From assembly GCA_041750555.1 (NCBI GenBank), contig JBGSZB010000023.1:1-34085 (forward strand): a stretch of 34,085 nucleotides of DNA, written 5' to 3'. The DNA is from Candidatus Dojkabacteria bacterium (GTDB lineage Bacteria > Patescibacteriota > Dojkabacteria > J137). The notes beneath the pieces were generated by a model that was not told where the DNA came from, ran no database searches, and was given only the letters and a program-made list of their open reading frames with translations. Both the position numbers and the translations under genes were made by a program. Shown piece by piece: positions 14,710 to 24,149 of this stretch; within the stretch, counting starts at the first letter, position 1, and each line of letters starts with the position of its first letter.

Positions 14710-15123
14710 TTATAATATAAGCAACGAAACCCACCAATCGGTATAGTCTACTTTTTCGGAAATATCATAATACTCTATTTTTTCTTCTGCTTTGAATAGA
14801 TCTTCTTTAATTGAATATAACTGTTCTTCTGGTTTACCTAGTGCTGATGAATCTCTTAAGTATAAAAGCTTGTATTCATCTGAAGTTACATATGCTAATT
14901 CTCTTTTTAATTCTTCATTTTTAGCTCTTATCTCTTCTAAACCTTTAAGTTCTACATTAAAAATATCATAGTTATTTCTAGCACTTATAATGACTTTAAA
15001 TGAACTTGCTATTAATACAACAAGAAAGATACTTAGTAGCATTAATGTTGCAAAATCCTCTAACTTAATGTCCTTTAAGTATATTGATACACTTTTTGTT
15101 CTATTATCTATAATATTTTTCAT
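14710..15123 (-). CDS. Septum formation initiator (DivIC/FtsB-like)
   Basis: Single TM, coiled coil (LEEIRAKNEELKRELAY), then SDEYKLLYLRDSSALGKPEEQLY resembling the DivIC E..ARE.LG..KPGE motif. Confidence 0.6.
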   Translation of the reverse strand: MKNIIDNRTKSVSIYLKDIKLEDFATLMLLSIFLVVLIASSFKVIISARNNYDIFNVELKGLEEIRAKNEELKRELAYVTSDEYKLLYLRDSSALGKPEEQLYSIKEDLFKAEEKIEYYDISEKVDYTDWWVSLLIL

Positions 15124-15130
15124 CTTTAAT

Positions 15131-15158
15131 TGACCCTATAATATTTACTATGTTAATA
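15131..15158 (+). promoter_or_regulatory. dif-like 28 bp site upstream of the Xer-like gene
   Basis: TGACCCTATAA-TATTTA-CTATGTTAATA has the 11-6-11 layout and resembles recalled dif arms (..CCTATAA / TTATGTTAAAT). Confidence 0.35.
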
Positions 15159-15182
15159 TCGCTTTGAATTAAAAACAACTAA

Positions 15183-16031
15183 ATGAACAATGATTTAATT
15201 AATGAGTTTATTAAACATATTAATGAAAAAGGTAAATCACTGTCAACCTCTATAGCCTATAAAAAAGATTTACAACAAGTTTCTGAAAAGTTAAATAAGG
15301 ATTTTTTAAGCTCAACAAGTACTGATATTAAGGATGTATTGGATACTTTAAGAAAAGAAAATAAATTAACTTTAAAGACATTATCTAGAAAATTAAATAG
15401 TGTTAAAAGCTTCTATAAGTTTTTAAATACTAAAAATATTACAACTCTTAATCCAACTCTTGAAATTCCACATCCAAAGTATAGAAGTAAGAAACAAAGA
15501 TATTTAACTAAAATGGAGGTTATGGCTTTAAGGGATGCATGTAGTAAAAGTTTAAGATTAAAAACAATGGTTGAGTTACTTTTACAAACTGGAATTAGAA
15601 TTAGTGAACTAGCGTTAATTGAAAAGGATGATTTAAATTTAAAAAACAAAACCCTTACTATTAAACCACATAATTCTAATCCTGAAAGAACTGTTAATTT
15701 AAATAATCGTATTGCTGATGAATTAAAGTTCTATCTAGATGTTTATCCTAATGAATTTAAACCACTATTCCCTACTAAAACTGGTAGGACTATTGAAATT
15801 AGAAATATTAGGACTTCTATTGATAGAGCAATTAATTTAGCTCAAATTAAAAATGCATGTGTAAACGATTTAAGAAATACCTTTATTGTTAATCAATTAA
15901 ATAACGGTATGTCATTAGATAGTTTAGCTAATATTGTAGGGCATAAGAATGTAAATACAACTTTTAAATATACAATACTTCTAGATAAGAAATATATTAC
16001 TTCTTCTATTAATGTTGTTTGTGAGGTTTAA
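15183..16031 (+). CDS. Tyrosine recombinase, XerC/XerD-like
   Basis: SAM-like N-terminus (AYKKDL, SRKLNSVKSFYKFL), TGIRISEL, NDLRNTF, VGHKNVNTTFKY. Confidence 0.9.
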   Translation: MNNDLINEFIKHINEKGKSLSTSIAYKKDLQQVSEKLNKDFLSSTSTDIKDVLDTLRKENKLTLKTLSRKLNSVKSFYKFLNTKNITTLNPTLEIPHPKYRSKKQRYLTKMEVMALRDACSKSLRLKTMVELLLQTGIRISELALIEKDDLNLKNKTLTIKPHNSNPERTVNLNNRIADELKFYLDVYPNEFKPLFPTKTGRTIEIRNIRTSIDRAINLAQIKNACVNDLRNTFIVNQLNNGMSLDSLANIVGHKNVNTTFKYTILLDKKYITSSINVVCEV

Positions 16032-16264
16032 GCCTCTACTGCTTGTAACTCTTCATCTATTGGAAAACAATCTATTAATCTAAGTATATTTCTTTCATTG
16101 ATTTTATGACCTTTCTCGATCAGATAGCCCACAGACTGCTGAATCATCTCTTCATCTATTATCCCATCTTTAAGCATATACCATAATGTTTCCCCCATAG
16201 CCCTCCTTACTATCAATTCAGTTATCTCTCCTGTTAATTTACCAGCTGTAAAGGACTTTATCAT
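16028..16264 (-). CDS. Hypothetical protein (78 aa)
   Basis: Short ORF convergent with the recombinase; protein-like composition. Confidence 0.5.
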   Translation of the reverse strand: MIKSFTAGKLTGEITELIVRRAMGETLWYMLKDGIIDEEMIQQSVGYLIEKGHKINERNILRLIDCFPIDEELQAVEA

Positions 16265-16279
16265 ATCTTCTTTAACATC

Positions 16280-16492
16280 TTAGTCCAACTCTGGATCCAG
16301 GGAGGTTATTAGGTGAGCTTTTGCAGATCTTTCAAATGCGTTTCTTTTAGCGGCATACCCTTCTGTAGTTGGTTGGAATTTCAGTCCTCCAGCAGCAAGT
16401 TTACTCGGATGAGATAACTCTACTCCCGGTAAACCCTCTGATGTAAATGGATTAACTGTCCAAGGTTCGGAAGATATACCTGTAAAACTCAT
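16280..16492 (-). CDS. Hypothetical protein (70 aa)
   Basis: Short ORF with AT-rich upstream region, 15 nt from the next ORF. Confidence 0.45.
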   Translation of the reverse strand: MSFTGISSEPWTVNPFTSEGLPGVELSHPSKLAAGGLKFQPTTEGYAAKRNAFERSAKAHLITSLDPELD

Positions 16493-16594
16493 AGTATATA
16501 ATTTAATAATTAAACTAGGTAATTTATATGCTCAATATATGCTTATAAAATATATATTACTAGTCTAATACCTTAGATAATTTCTATGGGGTTA

Positions 16595-17188
16595 CTACGC
16601 CTCTTCGTGATCTTTTGAATTAGTAAGAATATTTGCTAATTTACTTATTGCATCTTCGGTTGATGCATATGGAATTAATTGTATAACTCCTGGAAACTCA
16701 GAGTTTGCACCTTTAATCATCCATGATACCCTATTAAATCTATCTTTATGCACAAAACAAATTATTGGAGTTGTGTTTAATCCTCTTACAGGTTTAAGTA
16801 AGGCTCGCATAATTTCCATTCCAACACCATGACTTGCACCATCAATCACTGCGACTAAATGTGTTGCACTATCTACCCATCCCATATCGACTTCATATGC
16901 CATTTCAGCGTCTCTATAATCCTTACCATCCTCACCTCTTCCTCTTCCACTCATCAAAACAAATGTTTCAAACATTTCCTCAGCAGTTCTTGCAGCTACA
17001 TGTGCACTACTAACCACACCTCCATTCTCAATAATATATTTAACTAATTCAAAGCCAATTTCTTTATTTGGTAAATCACCCTTAATTGACCCAGAAAAAT
17101 ATACCTCAACTCCTTTAAAAAGTTCGGTTTTAACCTCAAGCCCGAATGGTGTAGGGAAAGAATCCTGATTCTTAGGTGTATCTAACAT
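16595..17188 (-). CDS. Nucleoside 2-deoxyribosyltransferase / DNPH1(Rcl)-like N-glycosidase
   Basis: VYFSGSIKG, DMGWVDSATHLVAV, SHGVGME: family motifs with the catalytic Tyr, Asp and Glu. Confidence 0.75.
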   Translation of the reverse strand: MLDTPKNQDSFPTPFGLEVKTELFKGVEVYFSGSIKGDLPNKEIGFELVKYIIENGGVVSSAHVAARTAEEMFETFVLMSGRGRGEDGKDYRDAEMAYEVDMGWVDSATHLVAVIDGASHGVGMEIMRALLKPVRGLNTTPIICFVHKDRFNRVSWMIKGANSEFPGVIQLIPYASTEDAISKLANILTNSKDHEEA

Positions 17189-17209
17189 CTTATTAATACT
17201 GAGATTAAA

Positions 17210-17286
17210 TGGTAGGCCAGCGCAGACTCGAACTGCGGACCCCAGCTTTATAAGAACTGTGCTCTAACCAACTGAGCTACTGGCCT
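17210..17286 (-). tRNA. tRNA-Ile(TAT), CCA encoded
   Basis: AGGCCAG/CTGGCCT acceptor stem, A discriminator, anticodon arm CAGTT-CT-TAT-AA-AGCTG; TGGTATACT extended -10 at 17306-17298. Confidence 0.92.
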
Positions 17287-17315
17287 ACTGTGTAGCAAGT
17301 ATACCAAATTTGTAT

Positions 17316-19721
17316 TTAAAATCCAAAGCCTCCAAACATATCTTTCTTCTCCTTCTTTTCATCCTCTTTAACAAATGTACTTCTTAATTTAATCTCATTC
17401 TCAACAATATTTCTATCTCTACCATACTTAAGACGAGATACTTGTCTAACAGTTTCTGAAATATCAAGATTAGGTTTAGAAATTAAATCATATGGAGAAT
17501 CCCCATAAAATGATCTTGCAGAAAAAGCAGGAGCTGGTCTACCATCTACTAACATTTTTAAATAGAAACTAAAGTTCTCAATCTCTTGTAAATCTTTATC
17601 CTCAACTAAATCTTCACCCACAACTTTTCTTAAAAACATAGAGTCCTCTTCTCCAACTCTAAACACTGCTTTGTTACCTACATTACCAAATACAGCATCT
17701 TTAACTTTTGTATTATTACCTGCTCTAATTAATTGGCCTAAAAACTGATGTCCTAATGTAAGGGATAATTTGTACTTTCTAGCCTCAGATAGAATAGTAA
17801 CAATTCCTTCAGTTAAAAAGTTTTGGAACTCATCAACATATAGATAGAAAGGATTTCTTTGTGCTTCTGGAACCTCTTCTCTCTCAAGGGCTGAAACTAA
17901 AATTTTACCTACTAAAACCATACCTAATAGGGAGGCATTAAAGTCTCCGATCTTACCCTTAGATAACTTAACTAAAAGAATCTTTTTTTGATCCATAATC
18001 TCTCTAAATTTAATAGTAGATTCCTGTTGAGAGATAATAGGTCTTAAATATGCATTAGATAAGAAACTAGCCATTTTAGATGTAACATATGGAGTAACAT
18101 TTTTTAAAGAAATATCTCCCCCTGCTTGTTCAGCTTGTTTTTTCCAGAAATCAATAGTTTCTTGACTCTTACACTTAGATAACTTATACGACCTATACCC
18201 TTCATCTGCAAAGATCTTAGGGACTTCTAAAAGTGTTGAACCTGATTCAGTATCTTCAGTTAAAAGTAATATGGCATACCTAAAATATTGTTCAAACATA
18301 GGTCCACCTGTTACTTTTAAATCATAAAGAGTATCAAAGATATTTAGCATTTCATTAATAGCTAGAGTTCTTTGTTCTTCATTATGAAACTCAAGCATAT
18401 TTATTCCTACAGGTCTTTCTAAATCAGCTGGATCAACTAATACAACATCCTCTATTCTTTCTGGGGGCACTTGTTGTAATATCTTTTCAATATCTGTTCC
18501 ATGAGGATCTAAGTATCCACAACCATGACCTAATTTCATATCTCTAATTAACATACCACTCATAAATCCAGATTTACCAGTACCAGTTTGTCCAATAACA
18601 TAGAAGTGTCTTAATCTATCTTCAGGCTTAATAAAGATCTCTCTAAATTGACCTCTATATGTATTCCTACCAACATACATATAGTCATTTTGAAAACTAT
18701 TTGTAACAAAATCAGCTGCAGGTAATCTTTTAGATAATTGCCACTTAATATATGGAGTTTTAATATTTCTATTTGGGAAATGAAAAAGTGTTGCAATCTC
18801 TGAAGTATTTAAAACCATATTTCCTCTTGGTATTCTGTATATAAAGTCAGAGACAATATTTTTTAAATCATCATTACTCATTTTCTTAATGCTGTTACTT
18901 TCCAATTTATTAAATGGACTAAATGCACTCATCATATTATTTAAATGTGCTTCAGCAGAATACTTATCTTGAGAAATTACAACTAATCTAGCAGTTGTAT
19001 TAAATACAGGCTTTTGAATTTTTTGTTCAACAAAACTTAAGGCATCATCCTTAAGTTTAGGTTTTTTACTCTCTTCATCTACTTCACTCTCTTTAATACT
19101 TTTAATATAGTTTTGTGTATTGTTTCTCCATTCACTATCAGCCGGAGTAATAATTACTTGAAAAGCTGCACTCTCCCCCTCTGATAATTTACTAAATGCA
19201 TCAGTTAATGTAGATAAACTATCAACTGCAAGTTCTTCATAAGTTTGAAATGGATATTTAGTATCTTTTTCTAGGGTTAATGCAGTATATGACACATGTG
19301 CATCTTCATCTGGAAAAAGATTAAACTCTTTAACTAAAACAATCTCAGCATATGGGAAATTACCATTAATTTGTCTATCAACAAGACTTGCAATTCTTTT
19401 AGGACATACAACATAAAATTTAATACTCTCTTTAAAAGCTACAATTTCAAAACTTACAAATGTTCTAGCACCAATAAATTTTTGAAATCCTTTAAGTTTC
19501 TCACCTATTCCCACTAAACCTGTATACATTTGATCAGCAGCTCTTATCTCTGCATCATTAGTTTGAGGTAATTTAACTTCGTAATATACAAGGTTTAATC
19601 CTTTTTCTTTTAATACATTTTCTTTAAAAGCGTTTATTAACCTAACTATTAAAAGGTATAGTAAAACAGATCCAATAACTATTAATAAAAAAACTACTCC
19701 CACTATTGCTAAAGTATTCAT
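17316..19721 (-). CDS. VirD4/TraG/TraD-like (FtsK-HerA superfamily) membrane ATPase
   Basis: N-terminal TM; RHFYVIGQTGTGKS (Walker A), LDPHG, LYVDEFQNF (Walker B), LSEARKY, HQFLGQL, VFGNVGN..FRVG. Confidence 0.85.
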   Translation of the reverse strand: MNTLAIVGVVFLLIVIGSVLLYLLIVRLINAFKENVLKEKGLNLVYYEVKLPQTNDAEIRAADQMYTGLVGIGEKLKGFQKFIGARTFVSFEIVAFKESIKFYVVCPKRIASLVDRQINGNFPYAEIVLVKEFNLFPDEDAHVSYTALTLEKDTKYPFQTYEELAVDSLSTLTDAFSKLSEGESAAFQVIITPADSEWRNNTQNYIKSIKESEVDEESKKPKLKDDALSFVEQKIQKPVFNTTARLVVISQDKYSAEAHLNNMMSAFSPFNKLESNSIKKMSNDDLKNIVSDFIYRIPRGNMVLNTSEIATLFHFPNRNIKTPYIKWQLSKRLPAADFVTNSFQNDYMYVGRNTYRGQFREIFIKPEDRLRHFYVIGQTGTGKSGFMSGMLIRDMKLGHGCGYLDPHGTDIEKILQQVPPERIEDVVLVDPADLERPVGINMLEFHNEEQRTLAINEMLNIFDTLYDLKVTGGPMFEQYFRYAILLLTEDTESGSTLLEVPKIFADEGYRSYKLSKCKSQETIDFWKKQAEQAGGDISLKNVTPYVTSKMASFLSNAYLRPIISQQESTIKFREIMDQKKILLVKLSKGKIGDFNASLLGMVLVGKILVSALEREEVPEAQRNPFYLYVDEFQNFLTEGIVTILSEARKYKLSLTLGHQFLGQLIRAGNNTKVKDAVFGNVGNKAVFRVGEEDSMFLRKVVGEDLVEDKDLQEIENFSFYLKMLVDGRPAPAFSARSFYGDSPYDLISKPNLDISETVRQVSRLKYGRDRNIVENEIKLRSTFVKEDEKKEKKDMFGGFGF

Positions 19722-19789
19722 AAGAATATTTTATCCTAAATTAAGATAAAGATATGTAAGTATAATTTAAAAGTATGATTAGGTAAATT

Positions 19790-20326
19790 TTATTTCTGAC
19801 TATTTTTAATATATTCTTTTACAAACTTTTCAAATTGAATAGCTAACCATTTTCTAGATGAAGTATTACTTCCTTGACTATTCTTTTCAATATATATTTC
19901 TGCCTCTTTTAACTTAGTTGGATTAAAAGATTTAATTGCAAAACCATCTCCAAAAGGCATTGGCATAACAGTATCGTCATCACTAGCTGTTGGTGTTTGC
20001 GTTTGAGGAGCATTTTGATTTTTTTGAGGTTCTGATTTTTCTTGTTTTTTTTCAATTGATTTCTCACTCTCTACTGCCCCCTCCATTTTAGATTCAATTT
20101 TAGGTGAACTATCAAGAGTTGGAATACCTTCTGGAAACTTCTCAATATTTCCACTAGTAGCCTTCTCTACTTGTTGTTTAATAAAATCATATGCAACCTT
20201 TAGAGGAATTACTTGACCATTAGGTGCAACAACTAGTGGTTCTGAAGTTTCACTATATCCAAAAAATTTAAAACCAAACTTTTCTAACTGAGCTATTACT
20301 TGTTGTAATTGATTATTATCATTCAT
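19790..20326 (-). CDS. Hypothetical protein (178 aa) with low-complexity central linker
   Basis: Starts 2 nt after the smpB stop; no recognised family. Confidence 0.7.
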   Translation of the reverse strand: MNDNNQLQQVIAQLEKFGFKFFGYSETSEPLVVAPNGQVIPLKVAYDFIKQQVEKATSGNIEKFPEGIPTLDSSPKIESKMEGAVESEKSIEKKQEKSEPQKNQNAPQTQTPTASDDDTVMPMPFGDGFAIKSFNPTKLKEAEIYIEKNSQGSNTSSRKWLAIQFEKFVKEYIKNSQK

Positions 20327-20328
20327 AT

Positions 20329-20784
20329 TTAAATATTATATCTTTTTCTATCATACTCAATTGACCTATCTAAGTCTCTTTTTTTAATAGTCTCCTTTTT
20401 ATCTATCTTCTTTTTACCTTTAACTAGTGCTATTGTTAATTTAATTTTACCTACATCGTTAATATACATATCTAAGGGAATTAATGTCAAACCTTTTGCC
20501 TTAGATTTTAGAGTTAAATTAATTATCTCTCTTTTATTAACCAACAATTTTCTCATTCTAGATTCTTCCTCAAGTGGAATTTTAAAAGTAGATATCTTTG
20601 AAGATACATTAGTATTCATTAAGAATAGTTCGTTATTAACATTTTTAATATATGAACTACCCATAGAAAACATTCCATTCTTTAACGCTTTTACTTCCCA
20701 GCCATAAAGTTTTATGCCTGATTCAAGTTTATCAAGTATCTCAAAATTGAAATATGCTTTTCGATTATCAAATATTATCCTCAT
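20329..20784 (-). CDS. smpB: SsrA-binding protein SmpB (start reassigned to MRII at 20784)
   Basis: NRKAYFNFEILDKLESGIKLYGWEVKALK, RMRKLLVNKREI, GLTLIPL, KGKKKIDKKETIKKRD. Confidence 0.95.
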   Translation of the reverse strand: MRIIFDNRKAYFNFEILDKLESGIKLYGWEVKALKNGMFSMGSSYIKNVNNELFLMNTNVSSKISTFKIPLEEESRMRKLLVNKREIINLTLKSKAKGLTLIPLDMYINDVGKIKLTIALVKGKKKIDKKETIKKRDLDRSIEYDRKRYNI

Positions 20785-20791
20785 TAAGGGA

Positions 20792-23236
20792 TTATACACT
20801 TAAAGATATAATTTTTGTCCCATCCAGTATGTAGAGTGTATTTTTACTAAAATCAATTGAAATCTCTTCTATATCTGAGAAAATATCCTTATCTCCTCTA
20901 TATTGATATTGTTGTACAAATTCAATAGTTTTTTGCTCATCATCTTTAATTGTAAACAACATTACTCTATTGTTTTGTGGATCAGCTACTGCTAAATAAC
21001 TTCCATCTATATCAAAAGACGAGGCATTTTTAAATGTATCAAAATCATTTTGTCCGAAGTTAGTAAATAGATCATAAGTTAATGTATTGTTTTCTCCTGC
21101 TAAGTATCTTTTTAAACCAACACCTTCTATTAATACATATATTTCATAAGGGATATCAATATCAATAGCTTTTGCAAATTCAGGATCTGTTCTCCAGTTT
21201 GGAGGGTTAACTGAAACATAAATAGATCCACCTCCAACGTAACCTGCACTTCCAACATCTCTTTTAAATATCTGCTGATGATTTTGATGTATTTCATAAA
21301 TTGCATCATTACCGGGATAAATCTCGGCTTCACTAAGTGTTCCAATAACTGCAGGTGATAAACCTATTACTCTATTAAATTCATTATTTGTAACATTTAA
21401 AACTCCCACTGCACTACTTACTTCAGAATCAAATACTATAATATTATTAGCTGAGTCTCTAGTTAAAATACTTGGTGTATTTAATCCAGAAACCACTTCT
21501 GTTGGTGTGCTGTTAGTTGCGGTTAATACTGAATAAATAACGTTTCTTTTTGCATCAGAAACATATATTTGATTATTTGATATAACCATATCTGTTAAGT
21601 TTGTGTCCGAAAAGAATTTACCAATGTCACTTACTATACTCACATTATTATCATTTATCTCTATTACATAGTTTAGGGAATCTAGTGATTTTAAAATTAA
21701 GCCCTCTAGGGATGCTAATTCATTATTAAATAATCCAGTTTCAAGTTGAGTATCAATTTCTGAAAGATAAGCGTTTAATTTATCTTCAAGTAAATTTCTT
21801 TTAGAAACATCTTGAGTTTTCACACTATCTACTTGAGATATTGAACTTTTTGCATCACTTTCTAACTGTGAAAATTCTATTCTTGCTTCCTCTAATTGTT
21901 CAGCACTAAATCTTTTTTCATTTGCATCTTTTATTAAAAAATAGATTGCAATAACTAAAACAATAAGAACGATAAATAGGATTTTTCTATTTCTACTAAG
22001 TCTAGCTGCATGTCCTGACATATTGTTTCTATCTGGTACCCCTATAATTTCTTTTTTAAAGAAGTATATTGCTTTTGATATTATATTTTTAAAGAATAAA
22101 AATATATCTTGAAGTATCTTTTGATAAGTTTTTAAATTCTCTTGATTAAATTTTGGTTTTAATTTAGAAACTCTGCTATTTATCTCTTCACCTCCTTCTA
22201 TCCCTTCAACCTCTCCGCTATCATATTCACTATTATCTGTAATTGGGACATATCGTGAATTAGGGGATTTGTTTTTTTGTTTAAATATTTTACCCTTTAC
22301 CCCACTAAATATTCCCTTTGCCCTCTCTGAAACTAAAGCAATTCTACCTTGAGGAATAATGTCTATTTCAGTATTTTGGCTATCTGCATTAAAGTCATTA
22401 TTGTATTCATTTGTGATTATGTGGTCATTACTGAAGTCCTGATTTAGCGTATTATCATCTTCAATACCTATTGTCTCTGTATTATCATCACTAAAATCAT
22501 TAGAAACAGGTAAACTTATGTTTTCATTTTCAAAATTTTCAATATTCTCTACATTCTCATTTACTAACTGATTATTCTTTAATTTAGTTAACGCTTCCCA
22601 GTCTGCTAATTCATCTGCAATTAACATCACAGCAGAACCTTCTAATTCTTCAACTGCTTGAAGTTCAGAAATCTCTAAGTTTTTAATTGCATTCTCTAAC
22701 TGATCTTTAATAGATTCATATGGAGATTTTGTTGATATTGCAATACGATCTTTTGGCATTAATTTTAAACTACCAGTTTTTACAAATCCCATCATATTTG
22801 CATCTACCAAGCCTTTTGATATGTCTACAATTCTTTCTTCTCTATATATTAAAACCTTCGCTTCTCCAACCACTCCAACAACTAATGTATCTTCATTAAT
22901 TAAAGAGATAACCATTTCAAGATCTAATCCCTTCTCTAAAACTTCATCCTCTCTTGAAACTATTACCTCAAGTTTAGTCTTCATTCTTTGAAGTGATTCT
23001 TCTAATTTAATAACCTCATCTTCTTGATTATTAAATGTATAGTATGAATCTTGAAACTCATCTAATAACATCTTTGCAAATGTTTCTAAATCAATACCAT
23101 TGGCCTCACTTTTAACTCTTAAAACACAGAATAGCTCTGTTTTAATATCACTAGTTATATCTGGTCTATAGCCATAAACACCCGACCAATCATTTTTTGA
23201 GTTTTTCCCAACTTTAAATTCTGCTCTAATATTCAT
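20792..23236 (-). CDS. Large bitopic membrane protein: N-terminal alpha/beta (degenerate PP2C-like) domain, acidic linker, TM, coiled coil, C-terminal beta-propeller-like domain
   Basis: TM KILFIVLIVLVIAIYFLI; NHL-like blades (QIYVSDAKRNVIY, YLAVADPQNNRVMLF, TLYILDG); N-terminal LVVGVVGEAKVLIYRE. Confidence 0.6.
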   Translation of the reverse strand: MNIRAEFKVGKNSKNDWSGVYGYRPDITSDIKTELFCVLRVKSEANGIDLETFAKMLLDEFQDSYYTFNNQEDEVIKLEESLQRMKTKLEVIVSREDEVLEKGLDLEMVISLINEDTLVVGVVGEAKVLIYREERIVDISKGLVDANMMGFVKTGSLKLMPKDRIAISTKSPYESIKDQLENAIKNLEISELQAVEELEGSAVMLIADELADWEALTKLKNNQLVNENVENIENFENENISLPVSNDFSDDNTETIGIEDDNTLNQDFSNDHIITNEYNNDFNADSQNTEIDIIPQGRIALVSERAKGIFSGVKGKIFKQKNKSPNSRYVPITDNSEYDSGEVEGIEGGEEINSRVSKLKPKFNQENLKTYQKILQDIFLFFKNIISKAIYFFKKEIIGVPDRNNMSGHAARLSRNRKILFIVLIVLVIAIYFLIKDANEKRFSAEQLEEARIEFSQLESDAKSSISQVDSVKTQDVSKRNLLEDKLNAYLSEIDTQLETGLFNNELASLEGLILKSLDSLNYVIEINDNNVSIVSDIGKFFSDTNLTDMVISNNQIYVSDAKRNVIYSVLTATNSTPTEVVSGLNTPSILTRDSANNIIVFDSEVSSAVGVLNVTNNEFNRVIGLSPAVIGTLSEAEIYPGNDAIYEIHQNHQQIFKRDVGSAGYVGGGSIYVSVNPPNWRTDPEFAKAIDIDIPYEIYVLIEGVGLKRYLAGENNTLTYDLFTNFGQNDFDTFKNASSFDIDGSYLAVADPQNNRVMLFTIKDDEQKTIEFVQQYQYRGDKDIFSDIEEISIDFSKNTLYILDGTKIISLSV

Positions 23237-23256
23237 ATTGATAGTATATCAGAAAG

Positions 23257-23478
23257 TTAATTCAAGACAATTAGAAGTATTATTAATCCTAAAAAGAATA
23301 GATATCCAAAGTTAATTACTATAAACAAAGTATTGTTTTTAGTTTTAAATATTTTTTCCATACTAGTTACTCTACTAACTAAAACAAAACCAACAAGAAA
23401 ATGAAATAGGGCTAATAAAATGCCTAGAATTCTAATTGCTTCATTTACAAAATTTGTATTGTTAAAATCAATCTGCAT
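23257..23478 (-). CDS. Small two-TM membrane protein (resembles a CPR-typical family, possibly DUF5657)
   Basis: Two hydrophobic helices; overlaps the end of the PH-domain gene. Confidence 0.6.
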   Translation of the reverse strand: MQIDFNNTNFVNEAIRILGILLALFHFLVGFVLVSRVTSMEKIFKTKNNTLFIVINFGYLFFLGLIILLIVLN

Positions 23479-24136
23479 TTTGATACCTTTTAATAATTTT
23501 AGCTAAATCAGAAATAGTATCTCTAACCTGAACTGGATCTGCAATATAATCAAAAGCTAGTTCTCCTGCAGTTGATGCAGTTCTAACTTTAATAGATCCA
23601 TAGTCAAATATATCTGCTAGAAATCCTAATGATTTTTCCTCAACATCTTGAATACTATCTAGTGGTGCTTCAGTTAATACATATCCCACAAAAGGTTTAA
23701 ATTCATAATCAAGTACTCTTTCATTAGTTACTATATATACATCAAAATACCAATCAAAGAAATTTCTAATTACACTAGTTAATATTATTGAATAAAAGAC
23801 TAATAGTATTATTGTATAGTTTTGAAAAGATAAGAATGAAAGATTAATATTTAATAAATTTAAGACAGTTAAAAGAATAAAGGGAAGTGTTGAATAAAAT
23901 ATATGGTTTAATATCCATCCTAAATTTCTTATCCAATGCATTCTAATTACTAAATAGACTCTTTCATCAGGGTTTTGAGTTGCAAATCTAACCTTGGTTG
24001 GTCTATATTGAATACTCCCAAACCATTTGGAAAATTTTCTTGGAACTACCTTTTCAATCTCCATATCAACTAACTCTCTAATCTGTTCTTGAGATTCTGC
24101 TATATTATTTACTTTTCTATTATCACTTTCCATCAT
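23468..24136 (-). CDS. Two-TM membrane protein with bacterial PH domain
   Basis: ERVYLVIRMHW, two TMs, WYFDVYIVTNERVLD, IQDV..GFLADIFDYGSIKVRTA. Confidence 0.8.
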   Translation of the reverse strand: MMESDNRKVNNIAESQEQIRELVDMEIEKVVPRKFSKWFGSIQYRPTKVRFATQNPDERVYLVIRMHWIRNLGWILNHIFYSTLPFILLTVLNLLNINLSFLSFQNYTIILLVFYSIILTSVIRNFFDWYFDVYIVTNERVLDYEFKPFVGYVLTEAPLDSIQDVEEKSLGFLADIFDYGSIKVRTASTAGELAFDYIADPVQVRDTISDLAKIIKRYQNAD

Positions 24137-24149
24137 AACTTATTATATC

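Noticed and set aside
15183-17286. Integrative element or prophage at tRNA-Ile(TAT) with the recombinase as integrase
   Set aside because: No duplicated tRNA 3' end found, no arm-binding domain, no phage genes; the protein is Xer-sized.
19722-20800. tmRNA gene next to smpB
   Set aside because: Intergenic gaps are too short and no tRNA-like GGGG..ACCA ends are present.
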